A DNA stretch of 64,000 nucleotides from Escherichia phage arall. The notes under the pieces were generated by a model, which worked only from the letters and a program-made list of their open reading frames with translations, made no database searches and had not been told where the DNA came from. The stretch lies in sequence record MN850584.1. One strand, 5' to 3'. A program made the position numbers and the translations under genes. Of the stretch, positions 54,374-63,836 are shown in pieces. The first letter of the stretch is position 1. Each line of letters starts with the position of its first letter.

Positions 54374-54784
54374 ATGTTCAAATGGTTAAAAGAGTTTCTA
54401 ACATCTTTGGCAGAACCTAAGCAAGATGTTATTAAAAGCTCTATCACAGGAAAACCGCTTGTTATAGTTACAGGCGTCTTTGGTCATGGGTTTTCTCTTA
54501 AACAAACAGACATAGGTTTACAGGGATGTTTGATTAGTTTTAGAATCACTCAATTAGGAGATAATAGACAAACAATCTTAGACCTTTTCAATGGGGAGTT
54601 TGATGATTATTTATCTAAGAGTGGTAAAGAACGTCTGATCGAACATATAAAACACCGCTATGAGCATGGTGGTTACTACTTAGATACAAAACGTAATGCA
54701 CAAGGTGATCTTGACATAGTTCGTATAGCGTGGGATAATGAATTTAAAACTAAACTTGGTAAACTTCTGGAGGAGTTGTGGTAA
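54374..54784 (+). CDS. Hypothetical protein
   Basis: 136 aa ORF. Confidence 0.55.
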   Translation: MFKWLKEFLTSLAEPKQDVIKSSITGKPLVIVTGVFGHGFSLKQTDIGLQGCLISFRITQLGDNRQTILDLFNGEFDDYLSKSGKERLIEHIKHRYEHGGYYLDTKRNAQGDLDIVRIAWDNEFKTKLGKLLEELW

Positions 54785-54960
54785 ATATTAAAACAGGTGA
54801 TATTGTACGTCTTGCCAGTGAAGAAATGTTAATGACTGTAATGGTATCTACCTATGATACTTGCGAAGTGGTATGGTTTGATGTTAATGAACAACTACAG
54901 AAAGCTACATTTGATAAACGTATGCTTCGTAAAGTTGAAGAAGTGAAGGAGGAAGAATAA
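54778..54960 (+). CDS. Small hypothetical protein (GTG start)
   Basis: 60 aa ORF. Confidence 0.4.
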   Translation: MVNIKTGDIVRLASEEMLMTVMVSTYDTCEVVWFDVNEQLQKATFDKRMLRKVEEVKEEE

Positions 54961-54961
54961 T

Positions 54962-55174
54962 ATGACAATGTTGCTTCGTATGTTTGTGTTTCTTATGTTC
55001 TGGATTATCGTTGGTAACGGTATTGTGTTTTTGATTTTTCCTGAAGTAATGACAGGTAATGAAAATAAGGCAGTGCCTTACATTATGCTTATCGGTTACG
55101 GTATTGGTACACTCGGATTACTGTTTGCTGACTGGTTAGTCAATACTTTGTTCTCTAAGTACAGGAACAACTAA
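54962..55174 (+). CDS. Small membrane protein
   Basis: 70 aa, two TM helices. Confidence 0.45.
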   Translation: MTMLLRMFVFLMFWIIVGNGIVFLIFPEVMTGNENKAVPYIMLIGYGIGTLGLLFADWLVNTLFSKYRNN

Positions 55175-55175
55175 T

Positions 55176-55448
55176 ATGTCGGAAAAATTACCTAATGTTT
55201 TCTTTTGTTTTGTAGATTGTGTTACACAAGAAATTATAGTTGACGAAGAAGGTATGTTTACTTATTTTGCATCTGAAGAAGAGGCAAAACTGTCAGCTAT
55301 GAAATGTATAAGCCAATTGTCAGTACCTGCTGTCAACAGGTTCGGTATTGCACAGGTGTATAAAACAGTAACAGAGTTTACACCAGATCGAAAACTAACT
55401 TTTCTTAACGTTCACTTTGTTTGTAAGTTTAGTGAACTACGACATTAA
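55176..55448 (+). CDS. Hypothetical protein
   Basis: 90 aa ORF. Confidence 0.5.
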   Translation: MSEKLPNVFFCFVDCVTQEIIVDEEGMFTYFASEEEAKLSAMKCISQLSVPAVNRFGIAQVYKTVTEFTPDRKLTFLNVHFVCKFSELRH

Positions 55449-55461
55449 ATCAGGAGTGAAA

Positions 55462-56061
55462 ATGAAAGAATATTGGAGTGGTGAGAAGGGCTTACTAAAG
55501 CCAGGAATGCTTTTGCGAGTAAAGAACATGTTGATCACACAGGATTACATAATGCCTAATCCTGGGGCATTAGTAGAATTCCTTACTGCACGAGATCAAC
55601 CTGGGGTTGGTGAAATGTGGATTGTAACGTGGATATCTCTTGATGGTAAGTTGCGCGTTGCTCCTATCGACCCAAAACATTTGGAATCTCCTTACGCCAG
55701 CATTGATTCTCGGATCATAGATTTGGCTAGAGTTTATAAGGCTAGGACTGGTGTAGAATTAGATGTAGAAATTTTAAATCAATGTATTGACTTCTTACCT
55801 GAAAAAGTGCATAATGCACAACAAGAAGATAGCGGTTTAGAAGTTATTCTTCTGAATGATGGGATGTTCTCTGGTTTGGCATCTGTAGATTTTCCAATAA
55901 CATTAAGATTGTTACCTGGGGAATACGTACTGGATGAAACAACTATTGCTATATCCTCTAAAATTTTAGAACTCATTCCAGGTGCAAGGTGTGTTGGTGA
56001 TACCTCTTCCTTGCTGTTTACTCTGAATGAAGAAGCCATTATAGTTAAAAAGGAGAAGTAA
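55462..56061 (+). CDS. Hypothetical protein
   Basis: ATG at 55462 with AGGAG SD. Confidence 0.55.
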   Translation: MKEYWSGEKGLLKPGMLLRVKNMLITQDYIMPNPGALVEFLTARDQPGVGEMWIVTWISLDGKLRVAPIDPKHLESPYASIDSRIIDLARVYKARTGVELDVEILNQCIDFLPEKVHNAQQEDSGLEVILLNDGMFSGLASVDFPITLRLLPGEYVLDETTIAISSKILELIPGARCVGDTSSLLFTLNEEAIIVKKEK

Positions 56062-56166
56062 ATGATGACGTTTATTGTTGGTGTTGTTGTTGGTTATTTT
56101 GGTCACAAGTACCAGGATGTTATCATCGCTAAAGTTGACGAAGTAATCGAAAAATTTAAACACTAA
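56062..56166 (+). CDS. Small peptide (34 aa)
   Basis: ATG immediately after upstream stop; hydrophobic N-terminus. Confidence 0.3.
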   Translation: MMTFIVGVVVGYFGHKYQDVIIAKVDEVIEKFKH

Positions 56167-56176
56167 TTTTCTAAAA

Positions 56177-56196
56177 GGCTGTACTATTGTGCAGCC
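56177..56196 (+). terminator. Possible terminator hairpin
   Basis: GGCTGTAC-TATT-GTGCAGCC followed by TATCTTT; weak U-tract. Confidence 0.3.
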
Positions 56197-56217
56197 TATC
56201 TTTCAAAGGAGAGTAAA

Positions 56218-56391
56218 ATGTTCAAAGATACCAATTATAAATGTGTACATTGTGGTAAATCTTTTGGTGATCACCAAGCTAAAACATTCAATTGTCCACG
56301 AAAAGGGCGAGGTAGCTTTAAAGGTTTTAATCCATCCCACGTTTATTCTCCCAACTACGAGAAACCAGAAGAAGAAAAATTTGTAATCTGA
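56218..56391 (+). CDS. Small zinc-ribbon-like protein (57 aa)
   Basis: AAGGAGAG SD; CVHCG...CPRKG cysteine pairs. Confidence 0.4.
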   Translation: MFKDTNYKCVHCGKSFGDHQAKTFNCPRKGRGSFKGFNPSHVYSPNYEKPEEEKFVI

Positions 56392-56400
56392 GGAGGCAAT

Positions 56401-56688
56401 ATGGAACTAGTACAAGAAGTTTATGAAAAACTAAAAGAAGAGAATCTTGATTGGCCTGAACATGCTCTTATTGTCGTCAAAGATACTAATGGTGAAATAA
56501 AATTCTCAAGTGTAAGTGAAGACGATGTTGTTTTAAGTCCTACAGGATATTATATGAGAGGTGTTACGTGCCTATTCAACACCAAAGTGTATCCTGAAGT
56601 TAAACTTAGTTACGGTGAACCTGATCATCCAGAAATCGTTACACGTAATGAATATGAAAATTATTATTTTGCTCGTGAAAGCAAATAA
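56401..56688 (+). CDS. Hypothetical protein
   Basis: 95 aa ORF. Confidence 0.5.
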   Translation: MELVQEVYEKLKEENLDWPEHALIVVKDTNGEIKFSSVSEDDVVLSPTGYYMRGVTCLFNTKVYPEVKLSYGEPDHPEIVTRNEYENYYFARESK

Positions 56689-56696
56689 GGAAAGCT

Positions 56697-57020
56697 ATGC
56701 AAAAAATAAACACTGGTTCTCGTCCTAAACAGAAGCAAACAAAAGCAAGGGTATCTTATGTTGACAACTCTTGTTATAATTTCAAAAATGTTAAAGAAGT
56801 TATCATTGATGAAAAAGAAGGTTTGATTCACATTTCATCTGAACGTTTGAAAGGTAGTGTTACTCTTCGTGAGAATGTATCTATACCTATGAAAGTTGTG
56901 GCTACACTCTGTGTTGATAAACCAGATGTTGTTAACTACTATGTGTTCCGTGATAGTTGTATTTCATTACATAATAAGATTTTTAAATCTTCGCACGTTA
57001 AAACAAAACACATTGTATAA
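56697..57020 (+). CDS. Hypothetical protein
   Basis: 107 aa ORF. Confidence 0.5.
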   Translation: MQKINTGSRPKQKQTKARVSYVDNSCYNFKNVKEVIIDEKEGLIHISSERLKGSVTLRENVSIPMKVVATLCVDKPDVVNYYVFRDSCISLHNKIFKSSHVKTKHIV

Positions 57021-57025
57021 CACAT

Positions 57026-57047
57026 AAACCCGCTTCGGCGGGTTTTC
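57026..57047 (+). terminator. Rho-independent terminator
   Basis: AAACCCGC-TTCG-GCGGGTTTTCTTG; same hairpin as 32107. Confidence 0.6.
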
Positions 57048-57094
57048 TTGTATGTGTGTTTTTATTTGTCTTAGCATAAACAATAGGAGGTATT

Positions 57095-57316
57095 ATGTCT
57101 GTAGTTGTAGAAGGTAGTATTGGTTTCTTAGTAGATAACCCTCACCCTTTCGTGGTTAAGGTTCATATTCAAGAAAAGGTAAGCAACAATACGTGGTTGT
57201 GCTTGTTAGATAGTAAGATACACTCTTATACAGAGGTTTATCTTCACACTTGGCAAATTGGTACGATAACAGCAGAGGATGAATTGATAATTGAACTATA
57301 TGAACGAGATCTGTAG
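57095..57316 (+). CDS. Hypothetical protein
   Basis: 73 aa ORF; last gene of plus block. Confidence 0.5.
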   Translation: MSVVVEGSIGFLVDNPHPFVVKVHIQEKVSNNTWLCLLDSKIHSYTEVYLHTWQIGTITAEDELIIELYERDL

Positions 57317-57397
57317 ATGACTTTATTAGAGAGTATCGTAGTGTTAATCATCTTTATCATTGTTGTCATAGGATATTTTACAGAAGACTAAAATAAA

Positions 57398-57430
57398 GCC
57401 CCTAGAATCGCTTCTAGGGGCTTTTGTTTG
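57398..57430. terminator. Bidirectional rho-independent terminator at convergence point
   Basis: 11-bp perfect stem AGCCCCTAGAA-tcgc-TTCTAGGGGCT with T-runs on both strands. Confidence 0.6.
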
Positions 57431-57491
57431 CATTAGATAGGGAAACGTATTACTAAAATAAAAAGTGCGTTAGAATGCGTTACAGGAGGTT

Positions 57492-57749
57492 TTAAGAATG
57501 CATAAAATCTTCTTCAGGGCAGGTTGAGAGATAAGAGATGCACGTTGGGACAACAACAACATTATCTTTAAGGTTTGCAACCAAGCCTTTTGTGATTCCA
57601 GCCACTGCCCCGTTAATATCTGCTTGACGGATACCAAAACCTTGTTGTGCGGATAGATAACAAAATCCCTCACCTTTCTGTTGATTATTATTGAAGTAAT
57701 AAACGTAGTGCATCATAAAATGGTCTTTAACGATTTGTTCTGTGGTCAT
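57492..57749 (-). CDS. Hypothetical protein
   Basis: 85 aa ORF. Confidence 0.45.
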   Translation of the reverse strand: MTTEQIVKDHFMMHYVYYFNNNQQKGEGFCYLSAQQGFGIRQADINGAVAGITKGLVANLKDNVVVVPTCISYLSTCPEEDFMHS

Positions 57750-57792
57750 AATATTCTCCTATAAGAAAAGGGGCTTTCGCCCCTTGGTCAAG

Positions 57793-58605
57793 TTACTTAG
57801 TCAAATGATCTTCTATCATTTTTATGAAAGCAGGATTGCTAAAAGCATCTGCTGCCTTTTCTCTGTAAACAAAGACTCCTCTATCTTCGTAAAGAAGAGT
57901 TTCTTCGTAATTAATTCCTGGGTTAACAACAATCATTTTTGTACCCATATTAAGTGCAGGGAATAATTCCCAATTAAAATTGATAACTTGGTTTGAACAT
58001 CCTACTACAACAACCAAATCTTGCATGGTCAAAGTATCAAACAAGTGAGCCATATCTGCATACAAAGGTGCAGCCTCACCAAAAAATACAACATTAGGCT
58101 TCACCCAGTTATAATCATCTATGTTTATACTATTGTAACCAATATCTACCAGTGTTTTGTAATCTCCAGGATGCATACGGTAAACTACTTCAGGAAGATA
58201 CCCGTGCACGTGAATAACAGAATCCCTGTCCACACCTGCTCGCTCTAGTAGATCATCAACGTTTGTTGTCAAGTTTACTACTTGGTTAGGATATTCCTTA
58301 AACCACTTTGCTATTTGAATATGTGCAGCATTAGGTTGTACATCTTTAAGCTCAACACGTCTTTTGTTATAAAATTCGTGTGTTTTGGCATACAAGTCCA
58401 TACCGTTCTCGTCTACACCACCGACCACTGGAAGATCTGGAGATGTTCTCACACGATAACCTGCTTGGAAAGCTCCAATATCGCAGACCTCTTCTAAGTC
58501 ATATTCTTCCCATAAGGCACGACCACTATCTGTGTCTGTTCGGAACGTTCGAATCCCACTGTCTGCACTTAAACCTGCGCCACTAACAAAAATTACTCTT
58601 CGCAT
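57793..58605 (-). CDS. Sir2-family (sirtuin-like) protein lacking the zinc-binding module
   Basis: GAGLSADSGIRTFR, TTNVDDLLERAG, VHG, KPNVVFFGE and VVGCS motifs in sirtuin order; no CxxC...CxxC. Confidence 0.75.
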   Translation of the reverse strand: MRRVIFVSGAGLSADSGIRTFRTDTDSGRALWEEYDLEEVCDIGAFQAGYRVRTSPDLPVVGGVDENGMDLYAKTHEFYNKRRVELKDVQPNAAHIQIAKWFKEYPNQVVNLTTNVDDLLERAGVDRDSVIHVHGYLPEVVYRMHPGDYKTLVDIGYNSINIDDYNWVKPNVVFFGEAAPLYADMAHLFDTLTMQDLVVVVGCSNQVINFNWELFPALNMGTKMIVVNPGINYEETLLYEDRGVFVYREKAADAFSNPAFIKMIEDHLTK

Positions 58606-58616
58606 TCAATATCCTC

Positions 58617-59147
58617 TTAGTAATCATCATCCCAAGAAGATGCGTCGTAACGCTCTTCCTCTTCGAAATCCCAATTAATTTCTACTCCAAAATCTAAAAA
58701 CAATTTAACAATGTTTTCTGTAGAGTAGTATTTATCATAAGCATTAGCTAGTTCCCAATACTTGTCACTCAATTTTTTATATTTAGGATCATTATAGTCA
58801 TAATCTACTTTATAACCATAATCATACATCTCTTGTTTAGCTTTAAGCATAGCTTCTGGTGTAAGAAGATTAGGGAACGGACGATTTCTTTCTTTTAACT
58901 TAGAAGCAATCCAGTTTGCAACATTCGCCACTTCACCATCTCGATTATCACCTAAACAACTTGCATAATCTCCATCTTCGTAAGTGCCTAAATCCCCACA
59001 GACCACATGTACAATACTTGAATACGATCCACACGTTTCACAATCTGAAAAAGTGTCTACTGTTGTAATATCAATAGATAAAACTGGTAAAGCCATAGCT
59101 TCTTTCACACAAGCCTCCTCATATAATAACATATCATCAAAACCCAT
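58617..59147 (-). CDS. Hypothetical acidic protein
   Basis: ATG at 59147 with GGAGG upstream (track start is TTG). Confidence 0.5.
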   Translation of the reverse strand: MGFDDMLLYEEACVKEAMALPVLSIDITTVDTFSDCETCGSYSSIVHVVCGDLGTYEDGDYASCLGDNRDGEVANVANWIASKLKERNRPFPNLLTPEAMLKAKQEMYDYGYKVDYDYNDPKYKKLSDKYWELANAYDKYYSTENIVKLFLDFGVEINWDFEEEERYDASSWDDDY

Positions 59148-59201
59148 ATATCCTCCACACAAATAAAGCCCCTGATTGGGGCTTTGGTTAAGTTTTATGG
59201 A

Positions 59202-59813
59202 TTATACCAGACTTTTAAGGTACTTGTCAAGGGCTTCTTGATCACCTTGACAAACATAGCAACGGAAGTCTTGAGCAGAAGGTTCTTTGTCCTCGTCCCA
59301 ATCCCAATAAACAGTACCTTTATAACGTGAACCTGGGAACTCGAAATATGCCACATGAGTAATATGGTGTGGGCCACCCCAAAATTCTGTAAAAGTAAAT
59401 TGAGGATACGCTGCTTTAACTGTATTCTCAAACCAAGTTTTACGATCTAATGCTTCGTTTATAAAATAAGCATGGCGTTCCATTTCATCCCAATCTTTCC
59501 AAACGCATTTTTCATCCAGAGAAAAAACAAAATCTTCACTGTTAAAATCGTCTGTATCTGATTCCAAAATATCATAATCATGTGCACTAGGTATCCACCA
59601 TCCAGCTTCTAATAGTGCTTTTGCAGGTACAAAACCTTTTTCAGCATATTGATCAAATTCTTTTACTCTACGTACAGTGCAGTATTCATCTTCACCACCA
59701 ATGTCCAGCAGACAAGCACCTTTGCGTCTTGCTGCAAGACCATGTGTATCAAAAACTACAACACTACCTTCACCATCTTCACGATCTACTTGATATGCAA
59801 CTTTTTGAGTCAT
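59202..59813 (-). CDS. Hypothetical protein
   Basis: 203 aa ORF. Confidence 0.5.
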   Translation of the reverse strand: MTQKVAYQVDREDGEGSVVVFDTHGLAARRKGACLLDIGGEDEYCTVRRVKEFDQYAEKGFVPAKALLEAGWWIPSAHDYDILESDTDDFNSEDFVFSLDEKCVWKDWDEMERHAYFINEALDRKTWFENTVKAAYPQFTFTEFWGGPHHITHVAYFEFPGSRYKGTVYWDWDEDKEPSAQDFRCYVCQGDQEALDKYLKSLV

Positions 59814-59936
59814 ATTACCCCCAATGTATATGGGAAATTAACCAAAAGATAAATTCCCAAAAACACCAACCAAGAAAAGTTAATGGAATTATAAAAGCTA
59901 TCAGAGCAGTCTTCCAGCCTTTCCACAATGTTTCCA

Positions 59937-60926
59937 CTATTCCTCCATACATTTAAGAATATGTGCAATGACAGGTATAGTCCAACCGTTGCCTAACATC
60001 TTATATGCTTGTGTGTTACTACTCACTTTAAAGTAATCATCTGGAACACCTTGTAAGCGGCAACACTCTTTAACCGTTAACTTTCTGTAATGTACGCCTT
60101 CACTCAATTTTTCAAAGGCATCTAGATATCTTCCAGGTGGAATGTAAGCTAATAGTACGTCTTTCGGCACAGTCGTGAGGCAACGAGTTTTTTCACTGTC
60201 CTGAACTTCCAAACAATGTACCAAACGATCAGTTTTAGATGTACTACGTTTGCCATTCTCATTAATTCTACGCCCATATATTGCTGCCGGATAAAAAACC
60301 AGTTGTCTGCGACTCTTTTCAAAATACTGTTCTATATTACCACCTTTGGCATAATTTGCATCTATGCAATAAGCCTTATCTCTGTCTACAATACTATCAT
60401 CTTCAATAATATCTTGCAACACTTCATTGGTAATCTCCCAGGGTTTTATTTCCCAGTTGCACCAGTATAAACGTTGTCTATTCTGTGCCGTGAAATCTGC
60501 GGAGTTAATGAATACGGGATCAACACCTAAGTAACTTGTGATCACGTTTTCCCACTCCACTTTCATCTTAACGTTTTCAAGCATGAACTTAACATTAGGA
60601 TTAAACTTTTTAATATGTTCAAGAATTTCAACATATTCGAAGAATAGCTTAGATCGCGGATCTTGAAAGTTCAAACCCTTACCAGAAGAAGAGAAGCCTT
60701 GACACGGACTACCACCTAACAAAAGATCAATTTCTCCCCACGGGATATCCCATTCTCTCCATTTTGTAACATCACCTAACTGAATAATATCTGGAAAATT
60801 TGCTTGGCTTTCAGCTATGGCAAATTTGTCTAATTCTGAAGCATAATATGTATCTACTTCAATACCTGCACTTTTTAGCGCAAGCATTCCTCCTGACATA
60901 CCATCAAAAAGACTTAAAACTTTCAT
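59937..60926 (-). CDS. DNA (cytosine-5)-methyltransferase
   Basis: Motif I LSLFDGMSGG, motif IV GGSPCQGFS, motif VI ENV, motif X GNGWTIPV. Confidence 0.85.
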   Translation of the reverse strand: MKVLSLFDGMSGGMLALKSAGIEVDTYYASELDKFAIAESQANFPDIIQLGDVTKWREWDIPWGEIDLLLGGSPCQGFSSSGKGLNFQDPRSKLFFEYVEILEHIKKFNPNVKFMLENVKMKVEWENVITSYLGVDPVFINSADFTAQNRQRLYWCNWEIKPWEITNEVLQDIIEDDSIVDRDKAYCIDANYAKGGNIEQYFEKSRRQLVFYPAAIYGRRINENGKRSTSKTDRLVHCLEVQDSEKTRCLTTVPKDVLLAYIPPGRYLDAFEKLSEGVHYRKLTVKECCRLQGVPDDYFKVSSNTQAYKMLGNGWTIPVIAHILKCMEE

Positions 60927-60928
60927 TA

Positions 60929-61339
60929 TTACTTCTTCTCCTTAACACTAGCTGGTAATTCTGCCTTGAGGCAGAAGTTTAAACGGTAAGCCTCATTCTC
61001 ATTTAAAAGTACAGATTCACACGATAACCAGAACAAGAGATCCTCAATACCAGGGCTGTTAAGCCAACAGTGCAGAAGAGAATGTTGTTCTATATCAATG
61101 TAATTTAGTAACAAGGCTTGTAAGGCGTAACTAGTTCCTGTCGTTTTTGCTTTTTCAAGGATGATATTGTGTTTACTAACAACTTTCTTCTTAAGACCAA
61201 ACCATTTATTAACAACAACAGTCTCTTCTTGTAGTTGTTTTCTTATTTTCTCACATTCTTTAACTACAATCTGCATCTTATCCACTGCTGATTGAAGTTG
61301 TTCTTTTGTTGGGTTTACAAAATAGTCACTATAGTACAT
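60929..61339 (-). CDS. Hypothetical protein
   Basis: 136 aa ORF. Confidence 0.5.
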   Translation of the reverse strand: MYYSDYFVNPTKEQLQSAVDKMQIVVKECEKIRKQLQEETVVVNKWFGLKKKVVSKHNIILEKAKTTGTSYALQALLLNYIDIEQHSLLHCWLNSPGIEDLLFWLSCESVLLNENEAYRLNFCLKAELPASVKEKK

Positions 61340-61398
61340 GCTAATCTTCTCCTCTTCTGTTTTTCTGTAGTTTATTCGAAAAAACTGGTGTTGTCAAC

Positions 61399-61421
61399 AA
61401 AAAACCCGCCGAAGCGGGTTT
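61399..61421 (-). terminator. Rho-independent terminator (minus strand)
   Basis: On minus strand AACCCGC-TTCG-GCGGGTTTTTTG; same stem as plus-strand terminators at 32107 and 57026. Confidence 0.55.
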
Positions 61422-61424
61422 ATA

Positions 61425-61682
61425 TTATTCTACAGGAACTTCTTCACCAAGAGAAACTTCTAAACGGAATGCTTTACTTTCAATACACTCACTACCTTTT
61501 AGAAAATCAAATTGCACTATAGACTGACTTAATAGGATAGATAGAATCACATCACAATCTTCACTAGGAGCTAGATGTTTGTATTCTTCCTTCAAGGTAA
61601 CATCATAAAAACATAAATCCCCTACTCCTAGTTCATCCCATCCTTCCCACGCATCTACAAAGTTAAACTCTAAACCTTTCAT
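61425..61682 (-). CDS. Hypothetical protein
   Basis: 85 aa ORF. Confidence 0.45.
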   Translation of the reverse strand: MKGLEFNFVDAWEGWDELGVGDLCFYDVTLKEEYKHLAPSEDCDVILSILLSQSIVQFDFLKGSECIESKAFRLEVSLGEEVPVE

Positions 61683-62203
61683 ACAACCTCCTCGTAGTTG
61701 TTATTGTGTTTTACTGTCTCAACATACAATAAAGATTCCATCTGTAATACATTACCAGAAATAATAAACCCGTAAGCCATTTCAGATGTGTCTATATCAT
61801 ATGCCCCGTCTTCCGGTTTAGCAAAGTGTAAAACTATTTCATCTGGGTTTTCTTCATCCCATAGTTTAGAAATTTTCCGAACCAGAATGTTAGCTAAAAT
61901 AGTTGACATTCGGGATAAAGCTGTATCCTCGTATCTTTTAAAACCTAACCAATAGAGGTTAAGAATTTCTACTTCTTCTTGTGTTAAGTTTTTGTCTAAA
62001 GTAATCAGATCTGTAGGATACATCGTTTTTGTTGAACCTACTGTTACAAAACCTGGAGTGTTATGAAAAACAATCTTAACTTTATCACGTATAAAGTTTA
62101 AACCTTGTGCCTCAACTATATATTGTATTGTAGGTACAATATCGTTTGTTACATCAATAAAACTATCTTTAATGACGCTTATATTATTTCTGGACAAGAC
62201 CAT
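61679..62203 (-). CDS. Hypothetical protein
   Basis: 174 aa ORF. Confidence 0.5.
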   Translation of the reverse strand: MVLSRNNISVIKDSFIDVTNDIVPTIQYIVEAQGLNFIRDKVKIVFHNTPGFVTVGSTKTMYPTDLITLDKNLTQEEVEILNLYWLGFKRYEDTALSRMSTILANILVRKISKLWDEENPDEIVLHFAKPEDGAYDIDTSEMAYGFIISGNVLQMESLLYVETVKHNNNYEEVV

Positions 62204-62762
62204 TCTCCTCTAAAATAGGCTTAATAAATTCGAAAATTTGTTTTTTACTTTTATCTCGAATATTAAAACAAGGAACATTAAACTTTTTAGCCAACATCCA
62301 AGCTGTTCTTGTACCACCTAAAGGATCTCCATTTTTATCTGTATTTGCACAAGCTAAAAGAAAACAAGATGGTTTTGGATTCTCAAGATCTCTTCCAAGA
62401 ACTTGGTGGATATTTCTTTGATGTAATTTTTTAGCACCTTGAGATAATCTGTCCCAAGCTGGATGCAATTCTTTTGCATATTGCAAGGTTAGAGCATAGT
62501 TTACACTATCTGGTCTGTCAAGAACAATAACCTCTCCCTCTATTTCATTACCTTTAAACGAGAGCCAAGGGATGTATATTTCTTTCTTTGTATTGTTCCC
62601 ACTATCATATACCCCGCATTCAAATGCGGAATCTGCACCTTCTGCTTTACCAGATCGCAAAATGAACCATGTAGATAACCATTTTGCAACAGATACCATA
62701 GTATCCCATTCTTCGTCTGTAATATCTCTGCTACCAACACCTGTGTAGAATAAATCGCTCAT
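62184..62762 (-). CDS. SLOG-superfamily (DprA/Smf-like) Rossmann-fold protein (tentative)
   Basis: ATG at 62762; YTGVGSRDIT...SGKAEGADSAFE resembles the GSR...G.A.G.D pattern of DprA/SLOG domains; weak. Confidence 0.35.
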   Translation of the reverse strand: MSDLFYTGVGSRDITDEEWDTMVSVAKWLSTWFILRSGKAEGADSAFECGVYDSGNNTKKEIYIPWLSFKGNEIEGEVIVLDRPDSVNYALTLQYAKELHPAWDRLSQGAKKLHQRNIHQVLGRDLENPKPSCFLLACANTDKNGDPLGGTRTAWMLAKKFNVPCFNIRDKSKKQIFEFIKPILEENGLVQK

Positions 62763-62772
62763 GGTTTTCTCC

Positions 62773-63093
62773 TTAACAAGTAATATTGGGAGTAACAATT
62801 GGATTAACAATTGGAGTAATAGGGTACGTAAACCAAGGGCTTCCAATTTCCCAAGGATAATAAGGTCTACGAGGATCGTATGGAGGAGTTACTTCAGGCT
62901 TTTTCCAAATCTCCGCTAATTGTTTCTTCCATTTATCCCTTGCTGTCTCATTATCTTCATCCAACTGTTCATCATTATCTTTTATTTCTGGTTTTGGAAA
63001 TAAAAGCTCTTTGACTAATTCAACATCTTCCGTCTCAATAGTAGTTTCTTTCGTAAGTTCTCCTACTGTTTCTTTAATTGTGATTTTATACAT
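62773..63093 (-). CDS. Pro-rich hypothetical protein
   Basis: 106 aa ORF. Confidence 0.4.
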   Translation of the reverse strand: MYKITIKETVGELTKETTIETEDVELVKELLFPKPEIKDNDEQLDEDNETARDKWKKQLAEIWKKPEVTPPYDPRRPYYPWEIGSPWFTYPITPIVNPIVTPNITC

Positions 63094-63836
63094 TAGTCCT
63101 CCTCTAAAGTAGAATAAAATTGTAACGTATTTGAATCATCAAAATATGCAAAGGTTAAATTACCATTGAAGCAAGATCCTGTGTCCATATATACCCTATT
63201 ACTGCTAATCACAGGTTTAGGAACATAAGAATGCCCGTGAAATACATAATCTACTCCTGAAACCCTAGGAAGAAGAATCCCTTCAAGTGCGCAATCTATC
63301 ATATCACGATCCCACATTAAAGATTCTGTGAATTGAGAAACTTGCTCTTTATTCATATTCAAACAAAATGGCAAAACTTCTGTCACTGGTAAATGTTCCA
63401 AAACTGAAGGATACCCACCGTGAATAAAGCCTAGTTTCATATTACGATAATTGACAACAAGTACAACAGGTAAATCTTCTAGCATCAAAGCAAGAGCAGT
63501 TGCACCCTCTTCTCCACACTCGTCTAGAACTGTATGGCCTCCGTTCTGAAACCAACATTCGTAATATCGTCTATCACCTTCTAACAACCCTTTAATCATC
63601 ATATCTTCATGATTTCCACGAATACCATAACGATTTAGCTTTCTGGTGAATTCAACAACACAACGAAAATTCTGCTTGCCGCGATCTGTAAGATCTCCTA
63701 AAGATACAACAACATCTTGATCTCGGATACCTAAAGTATTAACACCTTTCTGGTACAAATCAAAGCAACCATGTAAATCACCAATAATAAACAGGTCTTG
63801 ATCATCTTTTACACTAATTTCTTGATATACTAACAT
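63093..63836 (-). CDS. PPP-family metallophosphatase (Ser/Thr protein phosphatase-like)
   Basis: GDLHGC, GDLTDRG and GNHE motifs in canonical order; ATG at 63836. Confidence 0.8.
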   Translation of the reverse strand: MLVYQEISVKDDQDLFIIGDLHGCFDLYQKGVNTLGIRDQDVVVSLGDLTDRGKQNFRCVVEFTRKLNRYGIRGNHEDMMIKGLLEGDRRYYECWFQNGGHTVLDECGEEGATALALMLEDLPVVLVVNYRNMKLGFIHGGYPSVLEHLPVTEVLPFCLNMNKEQVSQFTESLMWDRDMIDCALEGILLPRVSGVDYVFHGHSYVPKPVISSNRVYMDTGSCFNGNLTFAYFDDSNTLQFYSTLEED

